From a virus (lineage: Duplodnaviria; Caudoviricetes), in the IMG/VR virus record IMGVR_UViG_3300036790_000128, positions 1-62,294 of that record: a DNA stretch of 62,294 nt. One strand, 5' to 3'. The notes beneath the pieces were generated by a model, which did no database searches, was not told the DNA's origin, and was given only the letters and a program-made list of their open reading frames with translations. Positions 53,808-62,294 of this stretch are shown here, one piece after another. Both the position numbers and the translations under genes were made by a program. Each line of letters opens with the position of its first letter. The stretch's first letter is position 1.

Positions 53808-54254
53808 TCATTTTCCGCGGCTCACGACGTTTAGCTTTCCGTCGATCGCCTCTAGCTGCTTCTCAAATTTTTCGTCACGCTTTTCCTGTTTTGCCTCGAA
53901 GCGGTCAAACCGCCCCTGGAATTCGGTTGCGAACAATAAGAACGTCGCCTTGCTGACAAGATTATCGCGCGCCCACAGTTCAATCTCATTCTGCTTTTCG
54001 CGCACACCCCTGACAGTCTCGCCGACATCGTGCCGCGCAGAATCTGCTTCCTCGCTAATTCTCCGCTCCATGTCGAATTTGACCTGATCAATTTTGCTGT
54101 TGAGCAAGCCGATCCTGTCGTTACTCGATTGGCGAACATTGCTGATCGCCCATGTGCAACCGATCGCCGACCCGACGAGATTCAAGATCAGCATTCCCAG
54201 TCCGATGATGACTTCCCAAAGTCCGAAGCCCGCATCCTGCGGAGCCGTTGTCAT
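53808..54254 (-). CDS. Membrane-anchored coiled-coil protein (lysis region)
   Basis: N-terminal transmembrane segment then coiled coil. Confidence 0.55.
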   Translation of the reverse strand: MTTAPQDAGFGLWEVIIGLGMLILNLVGSAIGCTWAISNVRQSSNDRIGLLNSKIDQVKFDMERRISEEADSARHDVGETVRGVREKQNEIELWARDNLVSKATFLLFATEFQGRFDRFEAKQEKRDEKFEKQLEAIDGKLNVVSRGK

Positions 54255-54404
54255 CTCCTTGCGCCCCCTTGTCTGTGCTGTTTGTCACAGCGCAGTAGGG
54301 ACGGCGGCTTATAATGGAACTTAGCCGTCATGGGCATCCCGGTGCTCGCGGCGGTTAGGAGGCTGACGTTGCTAACGGCTTCGCCAGCCTCCGCATTTCA
54401 AACT

Positions 54405-54782
54405 CTACGCGCCTTGCGGCCCACCACGCACAACCTTGAGCGAGGCCGGATCGGTTTCATTCGGTCGTGGCGGCGAGCCGCGGAGCTGTACGGTGTTGCC
54501 GCGCGCCGCATTGATTTCGGCCAGGCCGTCCTTGATGAGATTGCCCGCGCCGGTCAGCGTGCGGACGATGCGCATATTCTCGGTAAACAGCCGCTTGTTG
54601 GCAACGGTTGCCCGCTCCAGATCGGCCGCTTGCTTGGCCACGGTTTCAATCAGGATGGCGTTGGTGCGCTGCTGGGATTCCAGCCCTATTTCCAGAAGCG
54701 CACAACGGCTGCGCAGTTCGGTAATGCCGCCCTCGATCAGAGCGGCGGCATCGATCAGGTCTTGGTCGGAGTCGTCGCTCAT
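54405..54782 (-). CDS. Coiled-coil hypothetical protein
   Basis: Likely start MSDDSDQD at 54782. Confidence 0.55.
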   Translation of the reverse strand: MSDDSDQDLIDAAALIEGGITELRSRCALLEIGLESQQRTNAILIETVAKQAADLERATVANKRLFTENMRIVRTLTGAGNLIKDGLAEINAARGNTVQLRGSPPRPNETDPASLKVVRGGPQGA

Positions 54783-54784
54783 GC

Positions 54785-55519
54785 TCAGTACAGCACTTCG
54801 ATACGGCTGGTGCAGGCAAGCCCAGTCGTGACTTCCGCAGGACCAGTCAGGCCAGCAACACTGAGATTGAAGCCGGTATGGCCGACCGTGCAGCCGGCGC
54901 GAGCGTCCACCACAAGGCCCTGCTGCCATTGGGTCAGGAAGCCAGCACCAAGCTCAGGCTGGACCTGCCAGTCGCGGCCGGACGCCATACCGTAGTTGGC
55001 ACTGACATCGCGGAACGGGGCGCCCGCGTAGATGTAGGGATGCACGTTGGTTGCGGTTACACCGCTCGGGAGCGCTGGCAGTGCGGGGAACACGGACGAC
55101 AGGTTTGGCAAGAGATTGGTGACGGTCGTGATCGGGAAGCCGAACTTGACCAGCGGCTCGATTTCCCATTCGTCACTAGCCGCACAGGAAGTCGTTCCGC
55201 CAGTCGGCGTCACACACGCTGCCGAGTTGCCGAGATTGGTATAGGTCACGTCCAGTTCGGGAGCGATAAAGTTGAGGCCACCCTTAAACTGGTAGCCGAC
55301 AACGAAATCGACACCAGCGCCGAGGGCCACGATGCCAGTGTTGGCGACATCGGCGCTTCCAGCGGTCGAGCTGACGCCGAGGCCGTAATAGATGCCGTTG
55401 GCCGTGTAGGGGTAGCCCGCGGCGACAGGCTGAGCCTTGACGGTGATCGGCAGGTCCGCCGCAAAGGCGCTCACGCCAAGGGCGAGCAGGGCCATCGTAG
55501 AGAGAAGCAACTTGCGCAT
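54785..55519 (-). CDS. Outer-membrane beta-barrel-like protein (Omp25/RopB-like leader)
   Basis: Signal peptide then ADLP..KA, NGIYYGLG, VGYQF; terminal aromatic residue. Confidence 0.7.
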   Translation of the reverse strand: MRKLLLSTMALLALGVSAFAADLPITVKAQPVAAGYPYTANGIYYGLGVSSTAGSADVANTGIVALGAGVDFVVGYQFKGGLNFIAPELDVTYTNLGNSAACVTPTGGTTSCAASDEWEIEPLVKFGFPITTVTNLLPNLSSVFPALPALPSGVTATNVHPYIYAGAPFRDVSANYGMASGRDWQVQPELGAGFLTQWQQGLVVDARAGCTVGHTGFNLSVAGLTGPAEVTTGLACTSRIEVLY

Positions 55520-55634
55520 GGGTCATCCTCAATCGGTTTGAGTTGATTCGCGACCGTAGGATACGCCATGGGACCGTTGCGTTTATGCCACACCACAGAT
55601 TAAGAGTTGGGCGGAATTGAGTCAGGGAGGCAGG

Positions 55635-55683
55635 TTTGTGTCACGATAGGGCCTTCGTGGGATCGATGCCGGACTCGGTCAAC
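55635..55683 (-). repeat. 49-bp dispersed repeat R16
   Basis: Reverse complement GTTGACCGAGTCCGG-CATCGA-TCCCACGAAGGCCCTATCGTGACACAAA. Confidence 0.92.
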
Positions 55684-55697
55684 CGCAGTTGTGCCAT

Positions 55698-56420
55698 TTA
55701 GAAAGTTAGTGCCTCCTGCACCGCAGGCTTCGGCTTTTCGATAAACATATCCGGCTGTTTCAGGGCTTCGGATATGCGGCGGCAGGCGATGTCGAAGTAT
55801 GGCTCATGAATCTCTATGCCGATGAATTTGCGGCCGAGCTTGACGGCTGCAACGCCGGTGGTGCCAGAGCCCATGAAGGGATCGAGGATGATTTGTCCGT
55901 TAACGCGCTTGATGCACCAATCCATCAATGCAACGGGTTTTTGACTCACGTGGGCTGTCTCCTCGCCCATGATGTCGCCGGTATATTCGAAACGGCGCCG
56001 GCCGATGCTATCGGGAGCATTGAATACGTAAATCCCGCAGCCCTTGTTCTGCCAAGCCATCTCAGCATCGGAAAGAAACGTGCCGTAGTGCTCGGGGTAG
56101 CGCTTTAGCCAAACAAGTGTTGTGCCAAGCGGCAGATTTTTTGCAAAATGATTCGCGCCCCACAACACAACTTCGTCGAAGACCAACCAAGGCGTCGGAT
56201 CAAACTCGACATCGTCACCTTCGATTAAGCGATCAGTGCGACCTTGCCCACGCCGCAGCCCTTTCGTTCGTCCAGAAAAACGAGTGCTATCCGTGTCGTA
56301 ATTCATCCCATACGGCGGATCAGTCACCACCGCATCGACCTTGCCCAGCGTCGGCAATATCTCGCGGCAGTCGCCGCAATACAGTGTCACGCCATCCGCA
56401 AGATGTTCAACTCGGCTCAT
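55698..56420 (-). CDS. DNA N6-adenine/N4-cytosine methyltransferase, paralog of 7500..8129
   Basis: VTDPPYG, HVSQKP, LDPFMGSGTTG. Confidence 0.92.
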   Translation of the reverse strand: MSRVEHLADGVTLYCGDCREILPTLGKVDAVVTDPPYGMNYDTDSTRFSGRTKGLRRGQGRTDRLIEGDDVEFDPTPWLVFDEVVLWGANHFAKNLPLGTTLVWLKRYPEHYGTFLSDAEMAWQNKGCGIYVFNAPDSIGRRRFEYTGDIMGEETAHVSQKPVALMDWCIKRVNGQIILDPFMGSGTTGVAAVKLGRKFIGIEIHEPYFDIACRRISEALKQPDMFIEKPKPAVQEALTF

Positions 56421-56438
56421 CTAGAATCCCAGTGCATT

Positions 56439-56487
56439 GTTGACCGAGTCCGGTCTGCTTCCCACGAAGGCCCCGTCGTGACACAAA
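56439..56487 (+). repeat. 49-bp dispersed repeat R17
   Basis: GTTGACCGAGTCCGG-TCTGCT-TCCCACGAAGGCCCCGTCGTGACACAAA. Confidence 0.92.
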
Positions 56488-56700
56488 ACCTGAACCTACC
56501 GCTTCACTTCAATTCCTGCTGCTTCGCCACGACCTTATCAAAGATCGGAGCCAGCTTGGTAAACAGCCTGGAGAATAGCGGCCAGTTGGCGATCAGTAGA
56601 GCATCGACCTTGCGCACGTCCGGCAGTTCCGCATTGATTGTCGCAATGTCCGCATCGTCCAGACCCTCGGATCGAAGCAAACCATCTTCGAGGAAGCCGG

Positions 56701-57075
56701 TCATGACCGCACCGCTTGGACTGCCTGCGCCACGGCAGGGGCAACCACCTTTTCGCTCGGTGCCGCATCGGCAATGGCAGGCGTGGTGACGATCCTCTGG
56801 ACTTCGGGAATGGCAGCGGCGGAAGCGAGAACGTCTTGCGTCGTCATGACTGCCGAAGCCGAAGCAATCACGCTCTGTTTGGTCATCCCGGCCCCGGCCG
56901 CCATTGTCAGGAATGTCGAACCGATAAAGACTCCGAACGTCACCCACGCCGTAACCGCATCGATATGGGCAGCGGGGACGATGTTGGTCAGATGCACCGC
57001 ACCCCCTGAAATACCGACGCCGATGGTCACGGCGAAGCTGATCCAGAAGATGATCTTCGGAGATACGTTAGGCAT
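56701..57075 (-). CDS. Putative holin
   Basis: Two transmembrane segments, directly downstream of the endolysin. Confidence 0.6.
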   Translation of the reverse strand: MPNVSPKIIFWISFAVTIGVGISGGAVHLTNIVPAAHIDAVTAWVTFGVFIGSTFLTMAAGAGMTKQSVIASASAVMTTQDVLASAAAIPEVQRIVTTPAIADAAPSEKVVAPAVAQAVQAVRS

Positions 57076-57078
57076 TGG

Positions 57079-57735
57079 TCATCCCCATGCTGCCGTCAAT
57101 TGTTCCGCGGTTCCGTTGAACGCATTCAGGTCCGCGCCGTTCTCCAGGCCTTGCACAGTATGCGGCTTCGGACCTGCACCATCGGCGGCGTATTGAATCA
57201 GGAAATTGCTTGTCCACGGCGCGATCGGCGTGATCAGCCGGAACAGATCGCCATTGTCGGCCGGTTGCATTTTGATGTAGCGGCATTGCCACAGCCGCAC
57301 GGATTTCGCCAAGTCGATCCACTTGGCCGCTTGATGGTCTATCTGCTCGCGCGGACGATTGCCGCCGTAGATCGTCATCGGCCGGCCAAGGAGTTGCGCG
57401 CCTTCTTCCAGGAAGGCGTAAGCCTGATCGCCTGTCATGTTGGATGCGCTATTGTCCTCGAAATCCAGCACCGCCATATCCTTGGAACCGAGTGCGGCGT
57501 AATTGAGGAATTCCTTGACGTTCGCCACCGGATCGTCGTGCGTCGCAAAATCGTAGGCGCCCCACAGCAATCCCGCGTCCTTGGCCGCAGCCATGCGCCG
57601 TGCGTACATCGGATCGCCATAGCCGATGCCCTGCCGCGCCTTGTGGATGACGCCGACAATTCCAGCGGCCTTGATCTCGCTGAAATTCACTGAATTGAAA
57701 TGCGCCATGTCGGCGACAGTGGGGATGATGCTCAT
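57079..57735 (-). CDS. Endolysin, glycoside hydrolase family 25
   Basis: D.AHFN, VIHKA.QG, GAYDF, LDFED, DLNAFNG. Confidence 0.9.
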   Translation of the reverse strand: MSIIPTVADMAHFNSVNFSEIKAAGIVGVIHKARQGIGYGDPMYARRMAAAKDAGLLWGAYDFATHDDPVANVKEFLNYAALGSKDMAVLDFEDNSASNMTGDQAYAFLEEGAQLLGRPMTIYGGNRPREQIDHQAAKWIDLAKSVRLWQCRYIKMQPADNGDLFRLITPIAPWTSNFLIQYAADGAGPKPHTVQGLENGADLNAFNGTAEQLTAAWG

Positions 57736-57760
57736 GGCGTGAGTGTTTCCTGTGTCGTTG

Positions 57761-57810
57761 TCTGTTTCACGATAGGGCCTTCGTGGGATTCACACCGGAT
57801 GCCGGTCAAC
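57761..57810 (-). repeat. 49-bp dispersed repeat R18 (50-bp variant)
   Basis: Reverse complement GTTGACCGGCATCCGG-TGTGAA-TCCCACGAAGGCCCTATCGTGAAACAGA. Confidence 0.9.
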
Positions 57811-57832
57811 GGTCGGCTGCGGCGAAGTTCTT

Positions 57833-58018
57833 TCAATCGCCGCAGCGCAACGAGTAAGTCATCGCATCCATGCCGCATTTGGTGCAGACAGTCGTCCCGC
57901 CGCACTCGCGCCCTTCGTCGTCGGTCAGCGCACGCCAGCCCTGAAAGTCGTGTTCGCAGGCATCCGGCTTTGGCGTAACACGAAAGAATAAGCCTCGCGG
58001 GGCGTCGTGCTCATCCAT
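57833..58018 (-). CDS. Small zinc-binding protein (cassette cargo)
   Basis: CEHDF...CTKCG; start overlaps the acb2 stop. Confidence 0.6.
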   Translation of the reverse strand: MDEHDAPRGLFFRVTPKPDACEHDFQGWRALTDDEGRECGGTTVCTKCGMDAMTYSLRCGD

Positions 58019-58254
58019 CAGAATGTCTCTGGTCGCGCGATGCTGCGCACGAGGGACATAAAACCTTTCTGTAAATCAGTTCTTGAGATTGCGAGCCACC
58101 GCTTATCAACATTAGGCCGCTCCATTTCAAACTTTTTGCACAGATCGCCGACCTGCTCAGCGAGTGCCTTTGCGGCGTTCATATCTGCGATTTCTTCCGT
58201 CGAAAGATCACGGTAGCCTTTGATTTTTTGATGCTGATTATCCACCATTTTCAT
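58018..58254 (-). CDS. acb2: Acb2-like anti-CBASS cyclic-nucleotide sponge
   Basis: DNQHQKIKGYRDLSTEEIADMN..K...RWLAISRTDLQKGFMSLVRSIARPETF matches the Acb2 signature as I recall it. Confidence 0.88.
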   Translation of the reverse strand: MKMVDNQHQKIKGYRDLSTEEIADMNAAKALAEQVGDLCKKFEMERPNVDKRWLAISRTDLQKGFMSLVRSIARPETF

Positions 58255-58279
58255 TCTTCCTTCCTTTAAGAAAGCCGTG

Positions 58280-58328
58280 GTTGACCGAGTCCGGTCTACT
58301 TCCCACGAAGGCCCCATCGTGACGCAAA
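58280..58328 (+). repeat. 49-bp dispersed repeat R19
   Basis: GTTGACCGAGTCCGG-TCTACT-TCCCACGAAGGCCCCATCGTGACGCAAA. Confidence 0.92.
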
Positions 58329-58687
58329 TCTGTCTACTCCTACGAATCCATCCGCAGATCATCATCGACAACCCGAACCAGAATAGAGTTCTTCGCTTCA
58401 TTCGCCGAATGTCGTTTGATTGCCTGCCAGGCACGCTGCACCAATTCAACGCCCCAGAGCTGCAACTCCGCACCAACAGCGACCGCTGCTTCTCCCGGCA
58501 TCACGACGGTAATTTCATCTTTCGTCCCCGGATCGAGGATCAGCACGACGCCATCGTGATCCGGGTTGATCCCCGGCATAATTCGCTGCGGATGAATGAT
58601 CTTTGCCATGCCCCAAGGCTCTACCTGATTCTCTGCGGCAGAGTCAGAGCGCGGCAAGATCATAGGCAGGCCTCCTGTGGATTGCGG

Positions 58688-58969
58688 TTATTGGTGCGGA
58701 GGAACTGGAGGCAACGGAACTGCGGACGCCACCGGGGGCACCTTGGCCGCGTCGAGTTTCTTGTGCAGATCGGCGATCTCCTGCTGCTGATCGCGAATTT
58801 GCTTCTGCAGGGACTCGATCATCTTGCCCTGATTGGTGGCGAGCGATGCGATGGAATTGACCATCGTATCGACCTGGATGGCAGCCTCGGAGGGCGAGAT
58901 TTGCTGCTGCTGCGCCTGTGCGGCACCTGAGAGAAGAACGATGCTCAGGATGATGGATGGATACTTCAT
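58688..58969 (-). CDS. Secreted coiled-coil protein
   Basis: Signal peptide MKYPSIILSIVLLSGAAQA. Confidence 0.6.
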   Translation of the reverse strand: MKYPSIILSIVLLSGAAQAQQQQISPSEAAIQVDTMVNSIASLATNQGKMIESLQKQIRDQQQEIADLHKKLDAAKVPPVASAVPLPPVPPHQ

Positions 58970-58982
58970 GAGGTCTCCTTTG

Positions 58983-59234
58983 TTACTTTCCGTTATCCTT
59001 CAACAATTGCTGGCACGCGGCCGACAATTGATCGCGATGCGCGGCAAGGCATTTGAAATGCTGCGTTGATAGCGCTCGCCGGCACACGCCACCCGGCCCA
59101 TAGAGCTCAGCCGAGCATGGCGCGGATAGTGGCGCCGGTGCCGGAGCACCATGCCAAGTCGGCGGGCGCGGGTCGTCATGCCAAGCAGCGAACGCTGACG
59201 TGGTTGTCAGCACCAGGACCAGAAGAACTTTCAT
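58983..59234 (-). CDS. Secreted Cys-rich small protein
   Basis: Signal peptide; CL..H...LS..C motif. Confidence 0.6.
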   Translation of the reverse strand: MKVLLVLVLTTTSAFAAWHDDPRPPTWHGAPAPAPLSAPCSAELYGPGGVCRRALSTQHFKCLAAHRDQLSAACQQLLKDNGK

Positions 59235-59245
59235 CGTGTCGTCTC

Positions 59246-62200
59246 CTAGAAATTATACGTGGTCGAGCACTGGCCCGAACCTGGAGCTCCGGTAAGAATG
59301 CTGGTGAACGTTCCGGTCGTATTGTTGCCCATGCAGACCACGTGGCCGGGGCTGCTGTCGATCTGGATACCGACCCCAGACCCGATGCCCACCAGCGTGT
59401 TGCCCGTCATCGTGACATAGCCAGTCGCGATCTCGACGCCGCCACCCGAACCGCCCGCGACATTTACTCCGGTGATAGTGTTGTTTCTGCCTGCGTTCAT
59501 GGAGATCGCGAAGGTGTTCCCGGATACCCACCCACCGCTGACGTTGAGCCCGATCCATTCGGCGCTGCTGTTAAAGTTGCTGTTGGTCAAGATACCGTAA
59601 GCACTACTTACGAACCCTGCCCCGAACTCATTGGCGATGAAGTTGAAGTCCCATCCCGCCTGCAGATTCGCACCTGAACCGATATGGGCACCAGGGCTGC
59701 ATTTGCGGCAATAGAAGTGCTCCGGTGGCGTGCCAGAAAGTGTGTTTGTCGACAGCACGCCGGTCGTCGTCGAACCGGTCATGTCGACCTGGTCGAAGTA
59801 GTTCTCCTGAGAGGCAGTGTCGAGCTGGACTGCCGCCATGCCCACAGGGGAAACAAGCTGCCAAGTGCAGGTACCGTCCGTGGTGTTGACGCGATAGTAC
59901 ATGCCAGTGGGGCCACTGCCGGACGCTGACGTGCAGGCCGACAGATTCTCTATGTAGTAGTTAGCTGAGACGATGCTGACGACGGTGCAGGCGGCATAGC
60001 TGTGGCTCGCTGTCCATGTGCCGATGCTGGTTTGGCCCACTGCTGGGCCACCGCAGCTTGGCGGCCAGTTATTGTCGAAGTTAGTATTGGAAGCGAACAT
60101 ACTCCCGTGACTTCCGCCAGCAGTGTCCACTGTCGAGTAGTATAGATCGTTGTACGTGAGGAGCACCCAAGAGTTCTGCACCAGAACATTTGATCCGGTA
60201 TTTCTTATGCCGTTGGCACCCCCCGTCACCGTGAGGTCGTTGATAATGCAGACCGAGCATTGCGAGATTGTGCTATTGTCTTGAATAATCAGGCAATCTT
60301 TCGTCGGCAGGGAGAAGCCGTAGCTGCCGAACTTCGGGTCCGACGGCGAGCCGTAGCAAGCGAAGTATCCGTTTTGGATTTGATCGTCATTGCCAGACAT
60401 GGCCAGCAGCGTGTCGTCGTGGCCGCATGTCGAGAGCACGGTATCGGCGGACTGAAAAAGCAGCGTCACACCATTTAGCGTCAACGAAATAGCCACGCTG
60501 CCTGATGCGGGCCACGCGCAATAGCCACGGCCTGCGGCAGTGGGGAAAAAGACAGTACCCCCCGCGCCAGCGGCCGTGATAGCCGCGGCAATGGCGGTAG
60601 CGTTATTGGTTGTTCCGTCTGAAACCGCGCCATAAGCGCGCGCCGTCACATCCACCCAAGGGCTCGGCCCACCCACGGCCAGATTTCCAGTAACATCGAT
60701 CGGGCCAGCGTTGTTATTGTAGACATCGCCGCCGCTGACCGACCATGGGGTATTGAGCGTGCAACTGATCGACGTTGTTGACGTGCAGGGACCGCTCAAC
60801 TGCATTCCTGTTCCGGCAATCAACGTCACGCTCGTAACAGTCCCCGATCCGCCGCCGCCTCCGGTATTGGCCTCAATCTCCGGCGGAAACACCACGATGG
60901 CGGCATTGCCCGTTGATGCAATGGTTGCCAGCACACGACCGATGACCTGACGAGCACTTGGGTAGGTCGCACCGGCATCCGTGCAATCACCCGCCACCGA
61001 TCCGCTGTTCTGCACATAATCGCCCGCCGTCGTCCCGCCATCAAACACGCATGTCGCTTGACCGCTCACGGCGATCTGTGCATTGCCCGTCGTGCCTGCT
61101 CCACCAATCACGACGCCAACAATACCGCCCGTATCGGTCGTCGCGGAAATCAATGCAGTGCTGGGAGCACCGCTGAGCTTAGCGAGCTTATTAACCGTAG
61201 TGCCCGTACTGCTCGCATTGGCAATCTCAGAGAGAGCGGCATGACTGGTCAGATCGAAGGACTCGCTGGATGAAACAATCGTCCCATTATCCGAAAGCGC
61301 ACTGACGGCGATGACGCTGGTCCCGGCCCCTTTGTATATCGCACCTGCCGTAAGGGTCGCGAGCCCTGTGCCGCCATTGGTAACGACGTTGATGCCGGTC
61401 ACAGTGCTCGTGGTCAGAGCGATGGTGAATCCGGCCCCGGTTGCACCGCCAGTCAACGTTCCCGTGCTGGTGATGTTGCCCTGAACAGCGGTCGGGAGTG
61501 TTGTTGAAAATGACGCAACGCCCGAGCCATTGGTTATCAGCGTCTGATTATTTCCCGTGGTGATTTCCGCAACTGTCGCGCCTGATGTGCTTTGAGCCAG
61601 CAGCGCATTGGCCGAACCCGACACGACCGTTGTCGTGCCAACCGTGATGCTGGTCGCGGCCGACGACGGAGCGCATGTCGAGCCGAGCGTGCAAGCCGTC
61701 CCGTTCACCGTGACCGTGCTGCTGACCTCCCCGAGCACGCCTGCGTTATCGAGGATGACATGCCCCGCGCCAGAGCCACCCAGAATCGTCGTGGCGCTGC
61801 CGCCACTGACGGTTACGGCGGTCGCCGAACTCGAAATCGTACAGGATGCACCGAGCACGCAAGCCGTGCCATTCACCGTGACGGACGGATTGACAAGATC
61901 GGCGTTGGTCACAAGCCCGGTGGCCGTGAGCGATCCTGTAATTGTTGGCCCAGCAATCGTCGGACTCGTTGAAAGAACGACCGATCCGGCCGTCCCCGTC
62001 GTCGGATATTGCCCGATCACGGCCCCATTCTGGTAGAGGATACGCCCTGCCGTGCCATTGAGGACGACAGTTGATCCGACAGAGATCGACGAACCGGCAG
62101 GCGACGACAAGATGACCTGATAGTTCGATCCATCCGAAATAATCTGCGCCGCCTGTCCGGGCAATAAGGTCAATGTCGCCGCGCCATTGATCGCAGCGGC

Positions 62201-62294
62201 AGCCGTCAATGACGCGCCGGATGATGTCGTGGCCTGACTGGTGACATACACGCCAGCGCCGCCCGGCGTCCCGGAACTCTGACTGACGATGGTT
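59246..62294 (-). CDS. 3' part of tail fibre/tailspike with beta-helix (pectin-lyase-like) domain
   Basis: Thr/Gly/Ser-rich; YGAVSDGTTNNATAIAAAI...GGTVFFP motif opens the beta-helix. Confidence 0.85.
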   Translation of the reverse strand, partial: TIVSQSSGTPGGAGVYVTSQATTSSGASLTAAAAINGAATLTLLPGQAAQIISDGSNYQVILSSPAGSSISVGSTVVLNGTAGRILYQNGAVIGQYPTTGTAGSVVLSTSPTIAGPTITGSLTATGLVTNADLVNPSVTVNGTACVLGASCTISSSATAVTVSGGSATTILGGSGAGHVILDNAGVLGEVSSTVTVNGTACTLGSTCAPSSAATSITVGTTTVVSGSANALLAQSTSGATVAEITTGNNQTLITNGSGVASFSTTLPTAVQGNITSTGTLTGGATGAGFTIALTTSTVTGINVVTNGGTGLATLTAGAIYKGAGTSVIAVSALSDNGTIVSSSESFDLTSHAALSEIANASSTGTTVNKLAKLSGAPSTALISATTDTGGIVGVVIGGAGTTGNAQIAVSGQATCVFDGGTTAGDYVQNSGSVAGDCTDAGATYPSARQVIGRVLATIASTGNAAIVVFPPEIEANTGGGGGSGTVTSVTLIAGTGMQLSGPCTSTTSISCTLNTPWSVSGGDVYNNNAGPIDVTGNLAVGGPSPWVDVTARAYGAVSDGTTNNATAIAAAITAAGAGGTVFFPTAAGRGYCAWPASGSVAISLTLNGVTLLFQSADTVLSTCGHDDTLLAMSGNDDQIQNGYFACYGSPSDPKFGSYGFSLPTKDCLIIQDNSTISQCSVCIINDLTVTGGANGIRNTGSNVLVQNSWVLLTYNDLYYSTVDTAGGSHGSMFASNTNFDNNWPPSCGGPAVGQTSIGTWTASHSYAACTVVSIVSANYYIENLSACTSASGSGPTGMYYRVNTTDGTCTWQLVSPVGMAAVQLDTASQENYFDQVDMTGSTTTGVLSTNTLSGTPPEHFYCRKCSPGAHIGSGANLQAGWDFNFIANEFGAGFVSSAYGILTNSNFNSSAEWIGLNVSGGWVSGNTFAISMNAGRNNTITGVNVAGGSGGGVEIATGYVTMTGNTLVGIGSGVGIQIDSSPGHVVCMGNNTTGTFTSILTGAPGSGQCSTTYNF
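62100..62294. repeat. Terminal direct repeat, copy 2
   Basis: Matches 1-195. Confidence 0.95.

Noticed and set aside
7435-58328. 49-bp repeats as a CRISPR or TIGR guide array
   Set aside because: Copies are dispersed in both orientations rather than tandem, and the variable part is only 6 nt.
59246-62251. Diversity-generating retroelement targeting the tail fibre
   Set aside because: No reverse transcriptase and no adenine-specific TR/VR pair seen.

Overview
The window is an apparently complete, circularly permuted phage genome of about 62,099 bp: positions 1-195 repeat 62100-62294 with one mismatch. It is a GC-rich, P22-like short-tailed phage, probably of an alphaproteobacterial (Hyphomicrobiales-like) host; the host is an inference. 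The minus strand carries terS/terL, portal, a GroES-like protein, scaffold, major capsid, tail and ejection proteins, a tail fibre spanning the junction, and lysis genes. A divergent Cro/operator switch sits at about 42.9 kb and early accessory genes lie on the plus strand. I recognised no integrase or CI. The main unexplained feature is a 49-bp two-hairpin dispersed repeat with 18 full and 2 partial copies at gene boundaries. It forms inverted pairs around accessory cargo: three DNA methyltransferases, an Acb2 anti-CBASS homolog, an ASCH-like gene and a truncated DHH gene. It has no target-site duplication and no obvious cognate enzyme, so it is a candidate undescribed gene-cassette system. 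A second mobile layer is an IS1595-family element plus two non-autonomous IS1595-type cassettes with 8-bp target-site duplications, one carrying NADAR. Also present: a perfect parS site, a C5 methyltransferase split over two reading frames, and signal-peptide-bearing virion-type proteins. All family calls come from motif recognition by eye, not database searches.
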